DNA of 64,000 nucleotides from Cyanophora paradoxa CCMP329 (taxonomy: Eukaryota; Plantae; Glaucophyta), in NCBI GenBank assembly GCA_004431415.1, contig QPMI01000521.1, positions 124,001 through 188,000 on the forward strand, in the 5' to 3' direction. The position numbers and the translations under genes are program-made. Position 1 is the first letter of the stretch. Every line of letters begins with the position of its first letter. The notes under the pieces are model-generated. The model was not told the DNA's origin. It saw only the letters and a program-made list of their open reading frames with translations, and searched no databases. Below, piece after piece: positions 21,663 to 33,600 of the stretch.

Positions 21663-23166
21663 TTACAGCTCCTTGATCACAAGGGTGCAGGAGAGGGAAG
21701 GGTCCGTCGCGGCGTACGGCCGCAGGCCGCTCGCGTGCCGCCACTGAGCGTAAGGAATCGCAGCCTCCACCTGCCGGGGGCCAGCGGATCGGGCGGGGCC
21801 GGGTTTGCAGGGCAAGAGATGAAGGGGGGGGGGGGGGGGGGGGCAGGGGGTAGGGAGCAGGGGGGAGAGGGGTTGGGTGGGGGGAGAGGAGGGGGTTTAG
21901 GGGCTGGAGGGAAGCACCCTGTACCCGTTCTTGAGGAAGACCCTCTGCGAGAGGGGGTTGGAGGCCTCCGCGACGGCGAACCTGTACCTGCGGGAGCGTT
22001 CGAGCCTCAGATCCAGGGGTACAGGGACGTGTGAGGGGGAGAGAGCGGCGAATGGGGAAGGGGAGAGGAGGGGCCGAGTACAGGGGCGTGGGCGGGGAGG
22101 GGGTGGGCTGGGGTATGCTGGAGTGAAAAAGGGAAGGCGGACGAAGGGGCAAGAGAAGGGAAGGGGTGGGTGGGTGTGTAGGGGGGGAGGGGGAGGGTGG
22201 GGGGGGGGTGGGGGGGGGGGGGAGGGTGGGGGGGCGACGGACCCAGCGCGCCTGGCGGCCTCCTCGGAGGCGGCGACGAGGCGGGAGGCGAGGCCGCGGC
22301 GGCCGTGCGTGGGCGCCACGACGAGCCCCGCGATCTGTGTGAACGAAGCATAGGCGAACGAGCGCCGCGCCGCGCGCTCAGCGGCTAAGCGGGTTCGCCG
22401 AGGGCGCCGGCGCACGTGCAGGGTCTGGCCGGGCCGGGCGGCGTCGGGGTAGCGGCTCGCGTACAGCACCCGCAGCTCCCGCAGCAGCTCCACGCAGTAG
22501 TAGTCCGACGGCGGCTGGCTGCGCCCCGCGTCGACGGGGCCGAGTCAGTCGCGCGCTGGCCCGCGCGGCGCGCGGCGCTGCCGCGCACGCCACTACGCTA
22601 GGCCTCACCCGGGCTCGGGCCCCGGCTTGCCCCCCTCCTCGTCCCGCTTCGGCCCCAGCTCGTCGTAGTCCTCGTTCAGGGCGACTCCGACGACCCGGCC
22701 GCCCTCGAGCGCCACCGCCGACGTGCCCGACCGCGCCGCCTGCTCCGCAAGCCCTGCGAGGGGGAGGCCAGCTCAGCGAAACGTGCAGCGCGCATATGCA
22801 CGCGCGGGATTTGGTATGTACGGGCCGGACACGCGCCTCTGGTCCACGAATTGCAGAGCTCCTCGGTGGCGCGGAGCTGGACGGCGCCGGAGCGCTCGCT
22901 GTCCAGTCTCGGCCACCCCCCGCGCTGCTCCGCCTCGGGGCCTGCGCGCGTGGATCCGGATGTGCGTGCGCTCAGTCTGCGGCGCCACCTCGTGCCCGCT
23001 GATCATGCATATGCATGATCGCAGACCGAGCGGCGCGCGCGAGCGTGCACGTGCCTGTGAAGCCTTCTGCGCAGAGCCATGCTGCTTCGCGCTCGTGCTC
23101 TGACCCGAGCGTGCGTATCTGGAGCTTGCAGTCTTCACCACACACGCCGTCGCCGGTCGATGACAT
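21663..23166 (-). CDS. GNAT-family N-acetyltransferase, arylalkylamine N-acetyltransferase (aaNAT)-like
   Basis: LQIRTL...AAWLCAEGF; SAVALEGGRVVGVALNEDY; TLH|IAGLVVAPTHGRRGLASRLV (acetyl-CoA motif A); YRFAVAEASNPLSQRVFLKNGY; stop TAA at 21665-21663. The start may lie one exon further upstream. Confidence 0.8.
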
Positions 23167-24032
23167 GCGCGGCTCGGCTGTTGCTCTGCTGCCAATTGCG
23201 GGTGCCGCTCCTGGTGCTCGCTGTGTCAGCAGCACCGTGGCACCGTACCCCCCCTCGAGCTCATGCTGCTGAGTCCTGCAGCCTGGGCAGGGCCCGGAGC
23301 TCGAGGGCCGGGATCTAGATCTAGATCTAGAGTGTAGACAGGCTGCATTGAGCTCGCCGAGTCGCTGCCAACTAGTTCGGCGGCCCGGCTAGCGCTCGCA
23401 ACGGCCGCACTCGGACCCGTGCGCGTGCGCGTACGCTCAGCGGCTACCGCGCACGCGTCGATGTCGACGCGTACGTATATACGTCCGCGCGCCCGCGGCG
23501 GCCGCGGCCGCGGAGCGGCGGCGGCGGCGGGCCGGCGCCGGGATATCGATATCGATCCGGATCCGGAGCCTCGAGCTCGGAGCAGGAATTTCATCGCAAC
23601 TGCCAGCAGCGATTTCACTGAGTCAGCCTGCAGTACTTGTACGGGAAGGCCAAAATTCATTTCATACGGTAGTATTGCGAACTCAGCTTCTCCTAAGCGT
23701 GAAGAATCACTGAAGATAGGGATTGAAAGTAAATAGCAGCGAGGAAGTCCAAATCAAATCTGACACGAAACTCGATGACTCCATAGCTATGTAGCTAAAG
23801 AGAGTGCTACACTGTCATTCGCGAAAACTTCGAAATTAAACTAAGACAAGTCCGACGACCTAAGCCTGCATAGGCACTTGACAGCAGCTAACACTTATGC
23901 AGATAAAGGTACAAATGCAACCACGTGCATCGAAAATATTCAGGCAAAGAAGCGTGGCAGTGGGCGGCCATACCCTATACAAGAACTAGACCACTTGCAT
24001 AAATATGAGTATACCAATTGCAATCTAATGGG

Positions 24033-24573
24033 TTACTGGCTAGTCGGACGGGACGAGGCGCCGGCGCCAGCGGCGAAGCCGGAGCCGGAGCCGGCGGCGG
24101 AGCTGGCGTCGTCGAGGCTGACTGTGACGACGTTGCTCGGCTCGGCGTCGAAGTCGTTGTTGAGGGAGAGGAGGTTCACGGTCGGCCGCGGTTTCGCCGC
24201 GTACGCGTACCGCAGCACCGACTCCGCCGCGTCCGACGCCAGCGGCTGCATCCGCGGCGCGCGGCCCGGCGCCGCCGCCGTCGCCCGGCGGGGGCTCCCC
24301 GGCACGGGCCCCGGCGAGCGCGCCCCCGCGGGCGGGCGGTTCGGCGACGCGACCGCGGCGCGCCGCGGGGAGACCGAGTCTGACGCGCCGGCGGCGGCGC
24401 GGGCGCCCGGCGCTGCGGGGCGCCTCGCCGGGCCGGCGCCGGGCCGCGCAAGCCGCCGCGGGGGGCGGGGAGGGCCCGTCGAGGGGCATGTTGGCGTGGT
24501 TGAGCCCGATCGAGGCCCGCCGGCGCGGCGGCGAGGCCGACGCGACGGCCAGGCGGCCGGATGCGTCGGCCCT

Positions 24574-24605
<32 letters not shown>

Positions 24606-27600
24606 GCGGCGCGGGGGCACGCTGGCGCTGGCCGCCGACGAGGCGTACGACCCGACGCTGCTGTCGCCGATGAGGTGCACGGCGACGACGGGCGCGCGGT
24701 CGCGGTTCGCCGAGCGGCCGCGCTCGATCCGCACGCTCACGTCGCGCTCGTCCACGACCTCGACCTCGGCCGCGGCGCCGGCGCCGGCGCCGCCCTCGAA
24801 GACGACCTCCCTGAAGCGGAAGGCCCTCGCCTCCCACTCGTCCCACCGCTCCGAGCGCGCCAGCATCGCCTCCACGTCCTCCACCGCCCTCTGCTTGCCG
24901 CCGGCCAGCGCCGCCGTGCAGCGCACCACGACGCGCTTGACGTACGGCGGGCAGCGCCGGGCGGCGCCCAGGAGGGCGTCCACGCAGGCTTGCTCGACGC
25001 TGAGCGCCTCGGCCGTCCACGTCGCCCGCAGCACGGGCGTCCACGGCCCGGGCTTCGAGGCCTCCGGCTCCGCCGCGGCCGGCGCCCCGTCCTGCCCATC
25101 CTTCTCCTTCTCCTTCTTCTTCTCCTCGCGCTCGACGACCTCGGCAAAGGCGACGCAGTCGAGGGTGCCGGGGACCTTGGCGGACGGGCGGGGCGTGCAC
25201 TCCAGCGAGACGTGGAGGCGGTGCTCGCAGCGCCGCCAGCGCGCCGCCGTCGCCCGCGGGCCGATCTCGTAGAAGTCCAGGTCCGAGAGGTCGCTCGCCA
25301 GGCTGCACTCGTCCGTCGCGCTCGACCCGTCCTCCTCGCCGTCGTCCTCCCCATCCTTGCCGTCGAGCTTCCCGGCCTTGCGCAGCCTGCGCCGGCGGCG
25401 CATGTCCCGCAGCTTGCCCTTGAGCGCCTTGCCCTTGTCCTTGGCCTTGACCGCCGCGCTCCCGATCTTGTCGATCTTCGTGAGAAGGCCCTGGAGAGCG
25501 CATACAAACATCAGATCGCGGGGAGAGGGCGACGCGGGCGGGCGCGCACGATGATGGTCTCGATCATCTTGATGGCCTGCTCGAGGAGGAGGATGCCCAT
25601 GCCCATCATGGCGACCGCGAAGAAGTACGTCGCCGAGTCGAACTGGACGCCCAGCTCGAGCATCCAGACGCCGAGCAGCAGGAGGAACTCGGTCATCGTC
25701 GTCACCGTCTCCATGAAGCCGACCTGCCGCGAGATGTGCGGCCGCCCGAACGCCAGCAGCCTGCGCCGCCCGCCCGCGTCAGACAGACCAGACCGGCGCC
25801 GACAACGAACTCGAATTTGAAGGGCGCACGAGAGGAGGACGGCGTTGATGACCATCATGATGGTGACCTGGATGAGGGGTCCCTTGTCGCCCATCGCGCT
25901 CGACTGCCCCTGCGCCTCCAGCGCCGCCGTGACGCTCTCGCCCGCGTCCGCGCCGTCCTGCTGGATGCGCTTGGGGGCGAGGGCGCCCAGCAGGACGTCG
26001 GCGACCAGGATGCGGAAGAGCTTCAGCATCGCGAAGAGGAAGAGGAACATGTGGGAGCGGTAGTCTGGAGAAGAAATAAGATAAAGACACATATATAAAG
26101 GCCAGCTAGCTATATAAAGACAGATAGATGAAAGGCACCTTCGTAGAGGGCGCCGTAGCCCTCCGAGAAGACGACGGCGCGCTGGCCGTGCTTCTCCTCC
26201 TGCACCCGCCACTCGCCCCGCAGGAGCGCCTTCTCGAGCTGCGCGCCGGGCCGGCCGCGGGCGGCGCGTCAACTTCGGGCGAGGAACGTGCGCGGAATCA
26301 AACTATACTAAAAACTACACTTAGGAACGGCCGCACGAGGAGGAAATATACTAAAAACTACACTTAGGATGCTTAGCAACTGAGGAATCGAAGTGAACTA
26401 AGAACTGCGCTCAAAACGGGCGCACGAGGAACATGAACTTGCGGTAGTAGTAGTGGACGCCCTTGAAGAAGATGAAGATCGACTCGAAGCGGCGCCTGCG
26501 TGCGGGGCGGCGGGCGCGTCGTGGTCAGCGCCGGACGATGGGAAACTGCGACGAGAAACTGCGGCGAGAAAGGCGCACATCTTCTTGCCCTTGGCCTTGT
26601 GGCCCCACTTCTCCTTGCGCTTCCTCTGCGGCGCGCCGGCTCAGAAGACATACGTGCGGGCAATCGCGGCCGCGGCCGCGGAGGGGCACGCACGTTCTTC
26701 TGGATGACGCGCTTCATCCCATCGTACATCTGCGCGCGCGAAGAGTTCAGCGCTGCTCGGCGCAGCAGCCTGGATCGGGCGCTGCCCGGCCCGGCTCGGG
26801 CGAACCTGGCGGAAGAAGCCGGGGGCCTCCTCGAACTCGAGGAGGCGGTCGCGGCGGATGCGGAAGAAGAGGATCATCGAGAAGAGGGCGATGACCGAGA
26901 ACATCACGAACTGCGCGATAACGTCACGTGATATATAACGTGGTATCAGTGACGTTTGTTCGGTCAGTTTGTTCGGGCGCACGAGGATGATGAGGGCGAC
27001 GGAGCGCCAGCCGTTCTCGGGGGAGAGGATCATGCGGGAGCAGGCCGTGCAGATCGCCGTGAAGAGCCCCAGGAAGAGCGCGATCTCCGGGAAGGGCCAC
27101 GCCAGCTTGCCTGCGCGAGGGTTCGAATGCAGAAGAAGAGCGAAGGAGGAGAAGGGAGGCGGGCGGGGGGGCGGGCGGCACCGGCGAGGCGCTTCATCTT
27201 CTTGAGCTTGACGACGAGGAGCCAGTGCGCCACGTAGTGCGCGATGAGCAGGCCGCAGAAGAGCACCGCTGCGCGGCCCGGATCAGATCAGGTCAGATGC
27301 TCGGAGGCGGCAGATCAGATCAGATGAGCGCACTGCCGTAGAAGAGGGGCGAGAAGAAGAGGTCCTTCTTGTCGAAGTCGGCGGCGGGCGAGGCCTGCGG
27401 CGCCGGCGTGACGCCGGGCGCCGGGTTCGGGTCGTCGATGATGATCTCGAGGAGGCGACGCCGCCTGCGCCGGCCGGGCCGGGGGCCGTCAGGGGCAGCA
27501 ACGCAAAGGCGGCCACGCCGAATGTGGCCGTTGCTCAGACGGCCGTTGTTCATTTCAAGGGCAAGCGCACCGGTCCTCGGTGATCTCCTCTACGACTGCG

Positions 27601-30600
27601 GTCTTGCCAGTCGCCGTCGCCCGCCTGCGCACACGTGCGGGGCCGCATGTGAATACCGTGCGCGAGCCCGGCCGGAGACTTCACGCAGCGCGGCGCACGT
27701 CTGCGGGCCGGGCGGCGTGGCGTTGAAGCCGGGCCCGGGGAAGAGCAGCATGAACATCGCGAAGCCGTCGGTGAGGACGCGGAAGCTCGCCGGGACCTTC
27801 GTCGACGCCAGCGCGCCCTTCGCGACCGCGAAAGAAAAGCATCAGGTGGGGCGGCTCGCGAATGGGGGGCGGGCGAATGCGGCTTCGCGCGGACCACGAT
27901 GCAGAGGGCCTGGGCGTGGTTGAGGAGGGCGAGGGAGCTCGAGTTGTTGGAGCACTCGCGCGGCGGGTTCTTCTTCTTCTCCTCCTCCTCCTTCTGCTTC
28001 TTCTCCTCCTCCTCCTTCTTGCGCCGCTCGTCCTCGTTCTGCTCCTCCTGCTCCTCCTCCTTCTTGTTCTGGTTCGCGGATGTCACGGTCTGCGGTCCGT
28101 TCGGTCCGCCGCCGCCGCCGCCGCCCGCGCCGCCGCCGCCCGCGCCGCCGCCGCCCGCGCCGCCGCCGCCCGCGCCGCCGCCGCCCGCGCCGCCGCCGCC
28201 CGCGCCGCCGCCGCCCGCGCCGCCGCCGCCCGCGCCGCCGCCGCCCGCGCCGCCGCCGCCCGCGCCGCCGCCGCCTGCACCGCCGCCGCCCGCTCCGCCG
28301 CCGCCTGCACCGCCGGCACCGCTGGCGCCGCCGGCGCCGCCGGCGCCACCCGCGCCTCCCGCGCCGCCGGCGCCGCCCGCGCCTCCCGCTGCACCACCGG
28401 CACCGCCTGCTCCGCCCGCTGCGCCGCCTGCGCCGCCAGCACCACCCGCTGCGCCGCCTGCGCCGCCAGCACCACCCGCTGCACCACCCGCACCGCCCGC
28501 GCCGCCCGCAGCGCCGCCGGCACCGCCCGCTGCGCCTCCGGCACCGCCCGCTGCGCCTCCGCACCGCCCGCTGCGCCCCTGCCGCTCCTCCAGCGCCTCC
28601 CGCAGCGCCACCCGCGCCGCCAGCGGCCCCGGCGCCTCCAGCTGCGCCGCCGGCCCCCCTGCGGCGCCTCCAGCCGCGCCCGCGCCTCCTGCGGCGCCGC
28701 CTGCACCGCCGGCTGCGCCCGCGGCGCCACCGGCGGCGCCGCCCGCGCCTCCAGCGGCGCCCGCCGCCCCGCCTGCGCCGCCAGCCGCCCCCGCGGCGCC
28801 GCCGGCCGCCCCGGCAGCACCGCCAGCGGCGCCAGCAGCGCCAGCAGCTCCCGCTGCTCCAGCGCCGCCAGCTGCGCCTGCAGCTGCGCCTGCGGCACCG
28901 CCAGCCGCCCCTGCAGCACCCGCGGCCGCGCCAGCCGCTGCGCCTCCTGCACCGGCAGCTGCCCCAGCAGCTGCACCTGCCGCGCCCGCAGCAGCTGCAG
29001 CCCCCGCTGCTCCACCGGCAGCGCCGGCAGCACCGGCCACGGCTCCGCCAACCGTGCCGGCAACACCCGCTGCAACAGCAGCAGCTGTCCCGCCGGCAAC
29101 GTACTGGGCAGCGGTCATCGTCGGCTCCTCCTGCTTGTCTTGCGTGTTGTCAGCCGAGCCTGAGCCCGCGGTGGCGCTTGTGGCGGCTTCGGTGCTGCTG
29201 GCTGTGCCGGTTGTTCCAGCTGTTCCCGCCGTGGCGCTGGTGGCGCCGGCCGCCCCACCCGAAGCCGTGGCTCCAGCCGCTCCGGCCGTGGCTCCAGCCG
29301 CTCCGGCCGTGGCTCCGGCGGCTCCGGCCGTGGCTCCGGCCGCGCCTGCAGCCGTAGCAGCCGACGCGGCGACACCGGAGGCGACAGAGCTCGAGACGCC
29401 GGCAGCTATGCTCTTGAGGACGCCCGTCACAATGGAGTGCGCGATCGCGGCGACGATCAGTGCCGAGACGACTTGCGCCGCCTGCTGCGCCATCTCTGGC
29501 GACACGGACTCCTGCAATACTGCAGGCGGCAGCGCGTCAGCGCAGAGCAGACGAGCGAGATGCAGACGCTGCGCACGTATGGTCTTTTTGCGGCGGTAGA
29601 GGGGATCGCCAACGGCGACGGTGGTCGTCGCGTTGGCAGTGCCGCCACGGTCGTCAGTGACGGTGAGGTTGAAGAGCCACTCGCCCCCGCCGACCAGCGT
29701 CATCAAAGCCCAAGTCGCCGTCGTGTTCCTCCCCTGCCTGAACCTGACCGTGCTCGGCCCCGACATCTGCCGCCAGACCGCCGATGCGATGTACCCATCC
29801 GAATCGGCGAAGAAGGCGACCGTCGTGAGGAACCGCGTCTCGTTCAGGGCTGTCGTGTTCGTCGCGTTCACTGCGATGATGTACATCTCCGCCAGGCCCG
29901 AGATCGTGGGCGGCACGTTGGGAAGCGGCGTCGGCGCCAGCTCCGTCGACGACGTGTTCTGCCTGACGATGACGGGGTCCAGCAGGATGGCGACGGACGA
30001 GACGTTGGAGAGGCCTCCGGAGTCATCCGACACGATCAAAGAGAAGACGCAGACGCCCTTGGCCAGGACGGGGAACGAGCAGATGCCGAACTGCTGCGTC
30101 GTGTTCAGCTGTGCAGTCGTCAGCGGGCAGCGCCCCAAGGCGAGATCGGCCGTGTTCGTCGAACTGTCCACGCGCCAACGGAACCCGATGACAAACTGCG
30201 GCAGAAAGATCAGCGCTTCGAATCGAGCGCAACCGACCGCGCGAGCCGCACCCCGTCCTCGTCGGTGGAGTCGAGGCCGTCGAGGGAGCTGACGGGCCCA
30301 CGGATGGCGAGCCGGCCGTCGACGGCGAAGTAGAACGGCGGGCGGACCGCCAGCCTGGACTTGGGCATGACGTTGCCGTCGCGGGGCAGCACCGTCTTGT
30401 TGAGGACCTCGACGGCGGACCCCGGGAAGAAGGAGACGAGGACGTCCGGCTGGAACCCGTCCATGAGGGTCTTCAGGCCGTCGGCCTCGGCGATGCTGGA
30501 CGAGGAGACGTTGACGCGGAGGACGACGGACCCCCGGAACGCCAGGATGGAGCCGATGCGGAAGGACTCGACGCCGATCGAGTTGGCGACCGACTGCGTG

Positions 30601-33600
30601 AGCGACCGGCGGAAGATGACGTCCTGCGCCGATGTGTGGGCAGCAAGCTCGAGAAGAGTCGAGCGAGACGACGGGTGAAACGGCGGACCTGGTAGTTGTC
30701 GAGGAAATCGTCGTAGTCGGCCGTGATGCGGATGTCAGTTAGAAGGACTGCGGGCGACGACATCAGAGCCAAGATTTCGCACAAGGGAGCAGTCGAAAGA
30801 AAGAATATTGTTACCCGGGCTGTAGAAGACGTCCATGGTGACGCAGCTCTCGCTGGACTCCTGGGCGATGGGGTCCTCGACGTAGACGCAGAATCCGTAC
30901 ACGCCGTTGCGGACCAGCGACGACGTGACCACGGTGTCGTTCTTGCTGAGCGCGAGGGTCCGGGGCCGGCCCTCCGTCTGGTTCCACGCGATGACCACCT
31001 TGTCCTTGGCGAGGTCGCGGCCCGTGATATTCACGATGAGCTCCAGCGGGTCGATGGGCAGCAGCATGCGGATGCGCGTGCCGTCGAATACGGCGACGTC
31101 GGTGTACTCTTCCCGGGCCGTCGCGGCCGGGATGAGCAGGTACGTGCGGATCGGCGGCATGTAGCGGTACGAGTTGTCGACCGAGGCGAGGATCGAGCCG
31201 GGGCCCGGGTCCGGGTCGCCGACGACGCCGCGGCTCCAGAGGACGATGGCGCAGGCCTCGCCCAGGCCCTCGGCGCGCGGCGTCAGGAACCGAACCTGCG
31301 TTGCGTTCCTGAACAGGATCTTCGGCGTCGATATGTCGCAGACGGTGACGTCGATGGTGATGTTGTTCGGCGGGAACTTCTCGCCGAAGAGCGTGACGAC
31401 CTGCCCGCCGACACGGGGGCCGAGGTACGGGAAGATGGAGTAGAAGATCGACTCCGTGGCGCGCACTTCGATGGAGAAGACGGCCGGCGTGAAGGCCGTG
31501 CACCCGGCCGCCGGCTCGTAAACGGAAGGCGCCAGGGGCACGCTCACGCGCGCGGCTGCAGCGGGCCAGATCGCCGTCACGTTGAAGGAGAAGGCGGTGG
31601 AGTTGGCGCGCGTCAAGTTCGAGATGCTCAGAGGCGGCAGAACGTGTGTTGAGACGAGCGCAGGCGCGAGGAAGTCCGTCTTGGTCAGCAGCGCCGACTG
31701 GGGGCTCGCGAGCGCCCAGCAGGCCATGGAGGCCCCCCCGTAGAGGACTTTGGAGGCGCACACGATCTCGTTGCCTGCGGCGGGGTCAAACCGAGCAGGC
31801 ATGGCGGGGCGGGAGGAGCGCGAACCTACGAGCACAGCGGGCACGGGGTCCGACGGCAGGATCGTGAGAGGGGAGGCGAGAATGTCGGAGTAGGGAATGG
31901 ACAGGAGGACAGGGTCGGGAGAGAGCGCGGTCGGCGTCCACTCAAAGCCCAGGACAGAGTCATAGCCCTCAAACGGTGCGCTGGTGCGGAGGGCCGAGAA
32001 GGTGCCTAGGCTGGCCGGCGCTGTCAATGGCGCGGCAAAGTCCGTCAGCTGAAGCGGGACGGAGCCATTCGGTGCGCCGACGAAGCACTGGACCGGGGAG
32101 CACAAGGACCGCCGCGTGATATTGCACCAGAAGTCCGCCACGACGAACGTGACTGCGAAAGGAGAGCCGGACACGATCCAAGTCGCCCCGCCCGTGTCGA
32201 GAGACGAGCTGTAATTGACGTTGATGGTGACGGCGACGGCCGCTGTCGCCTGGAGGACGAACTGGACACCGCGCGTCGTCGGATCGGCGGAGAGCGTCGC
32301 GACGGTGCCCTCGAGAGTTGGGACCATCCACGGGGACACGAAGTCTTCGACCAGCAGTGAGGGCCCGCTGGCATCCGGAACAATCTGGCAGATCTGGGGT
32401 GCCCCGAGCGCCCGCCGAGGGCTGCAGGACAGCGCTCCTGAAACAACCGATACGGGGCTCTGCAGCAACTCGCCTCCGCCCACCGCGTCCGACCACGGTA
32501 TAGCGAGAGTGTCAGAGAAGGCCGAGACTCCGGCCGTGAAGGATGACTCGAAGCCCGAAAGCTGATCCAGGGCGCCGATTGGAAGCCATCCAGAGAAAGC
32601 CTGCAGAGCCCCTAAAGGCGAGGCGGCGGCAACAGGAACCCCTAGATCGCCCTCGGCCAGAGACGCTCCACCGCTCACGGCATAAACCGAGCACTTTAAC
32701 CGGGATCCCAATGTCAGCCGGGTCGTGCAGTTGCCCGTCGCATTCACGATCACGATCGTCTGCACGGGGCCAACTACCGCCACACTCGGATCCGTGTTGA
32801 TCGCGTCGGCCCACTGCACAGAGATAGGCGCCCCGTTGTCTGTTGTCACGGCTGTTGCCACGAAGCTGAAGGTCAGGTGGCCCCCGGCCAGTGCCTGGAA
32901 CGCCGTGTATGTGCCGTGAGCCGACGCCACCGACACAACATCAGACACCCGAAGGTCGTCACTCGTCTCGCTCTTCCGCACTTCGCAAGTGGCGTTCGCC
33001 CCGACGCGCCTCCGCAGGCCCGTGCAGTTCACGGACGCCGCCACAACTGTCACACTCACCGGCGATGCTGCTACGTGCTGCATCGTCCCGTCCAGCGCAG
33101 ACGAGTACCGCACCGACAGCTCCGACACCGCATCAGCGCTTTCTTGCGTGATGTTGAAGTAAAGAGACCCCGCCCGGGATACTATTGCAGAGATCATCCA
33201 AGAACCAGCAGGCGCCATTGAAACGGTCACGTCCCCCACCAGCAGTGCTGGCGACGCCCCCACTGGGTCCACCCGGCACTCCACCCAGCCGTTCACCACC
33301 ATCCGGATGCGCGGGCAGGACAGCGCCGCCGACACGACTGTCACCGCCGCTGAGCCACCGAGCTGGCCGCCGCCAATTGTCGTGTTGTACGCCGCGGTTG
33401 CTGAAACGTTTAATCCTCCAAACGGCGCCGACACCACGAAGACCACATTGTCCCCCGTGCTGCCCGAGACGTTGACGGCGGATGCGGCCGCGAACGACGC
33501 CGAGCTCAACGCCGAGGAGAGCGACAGGCTTGCGACGTCGGTGGTGGCCAGCAGAGCAGAACCCGCCTCCCGCACCGCGACCAGGTTGAAGGAGGCGTTC

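Noticed and set aside
28555-28665. Non-repetitive peptide (QLEAPGPLAARVALREALEERQGR) interrupting the Gly/Ala tract
   Set aside because: Another frame reads as the same G/A repeat here. Compensating single-base indels, probably consensus errors, explain it.
27899-29599. Plus-strand extensin-like (APPPP)n ORF of 566 aa
   Set aside because: It is the antisense shadow of Gly/Ala codons. The minus frame is continuous with the PKD and TM domains.
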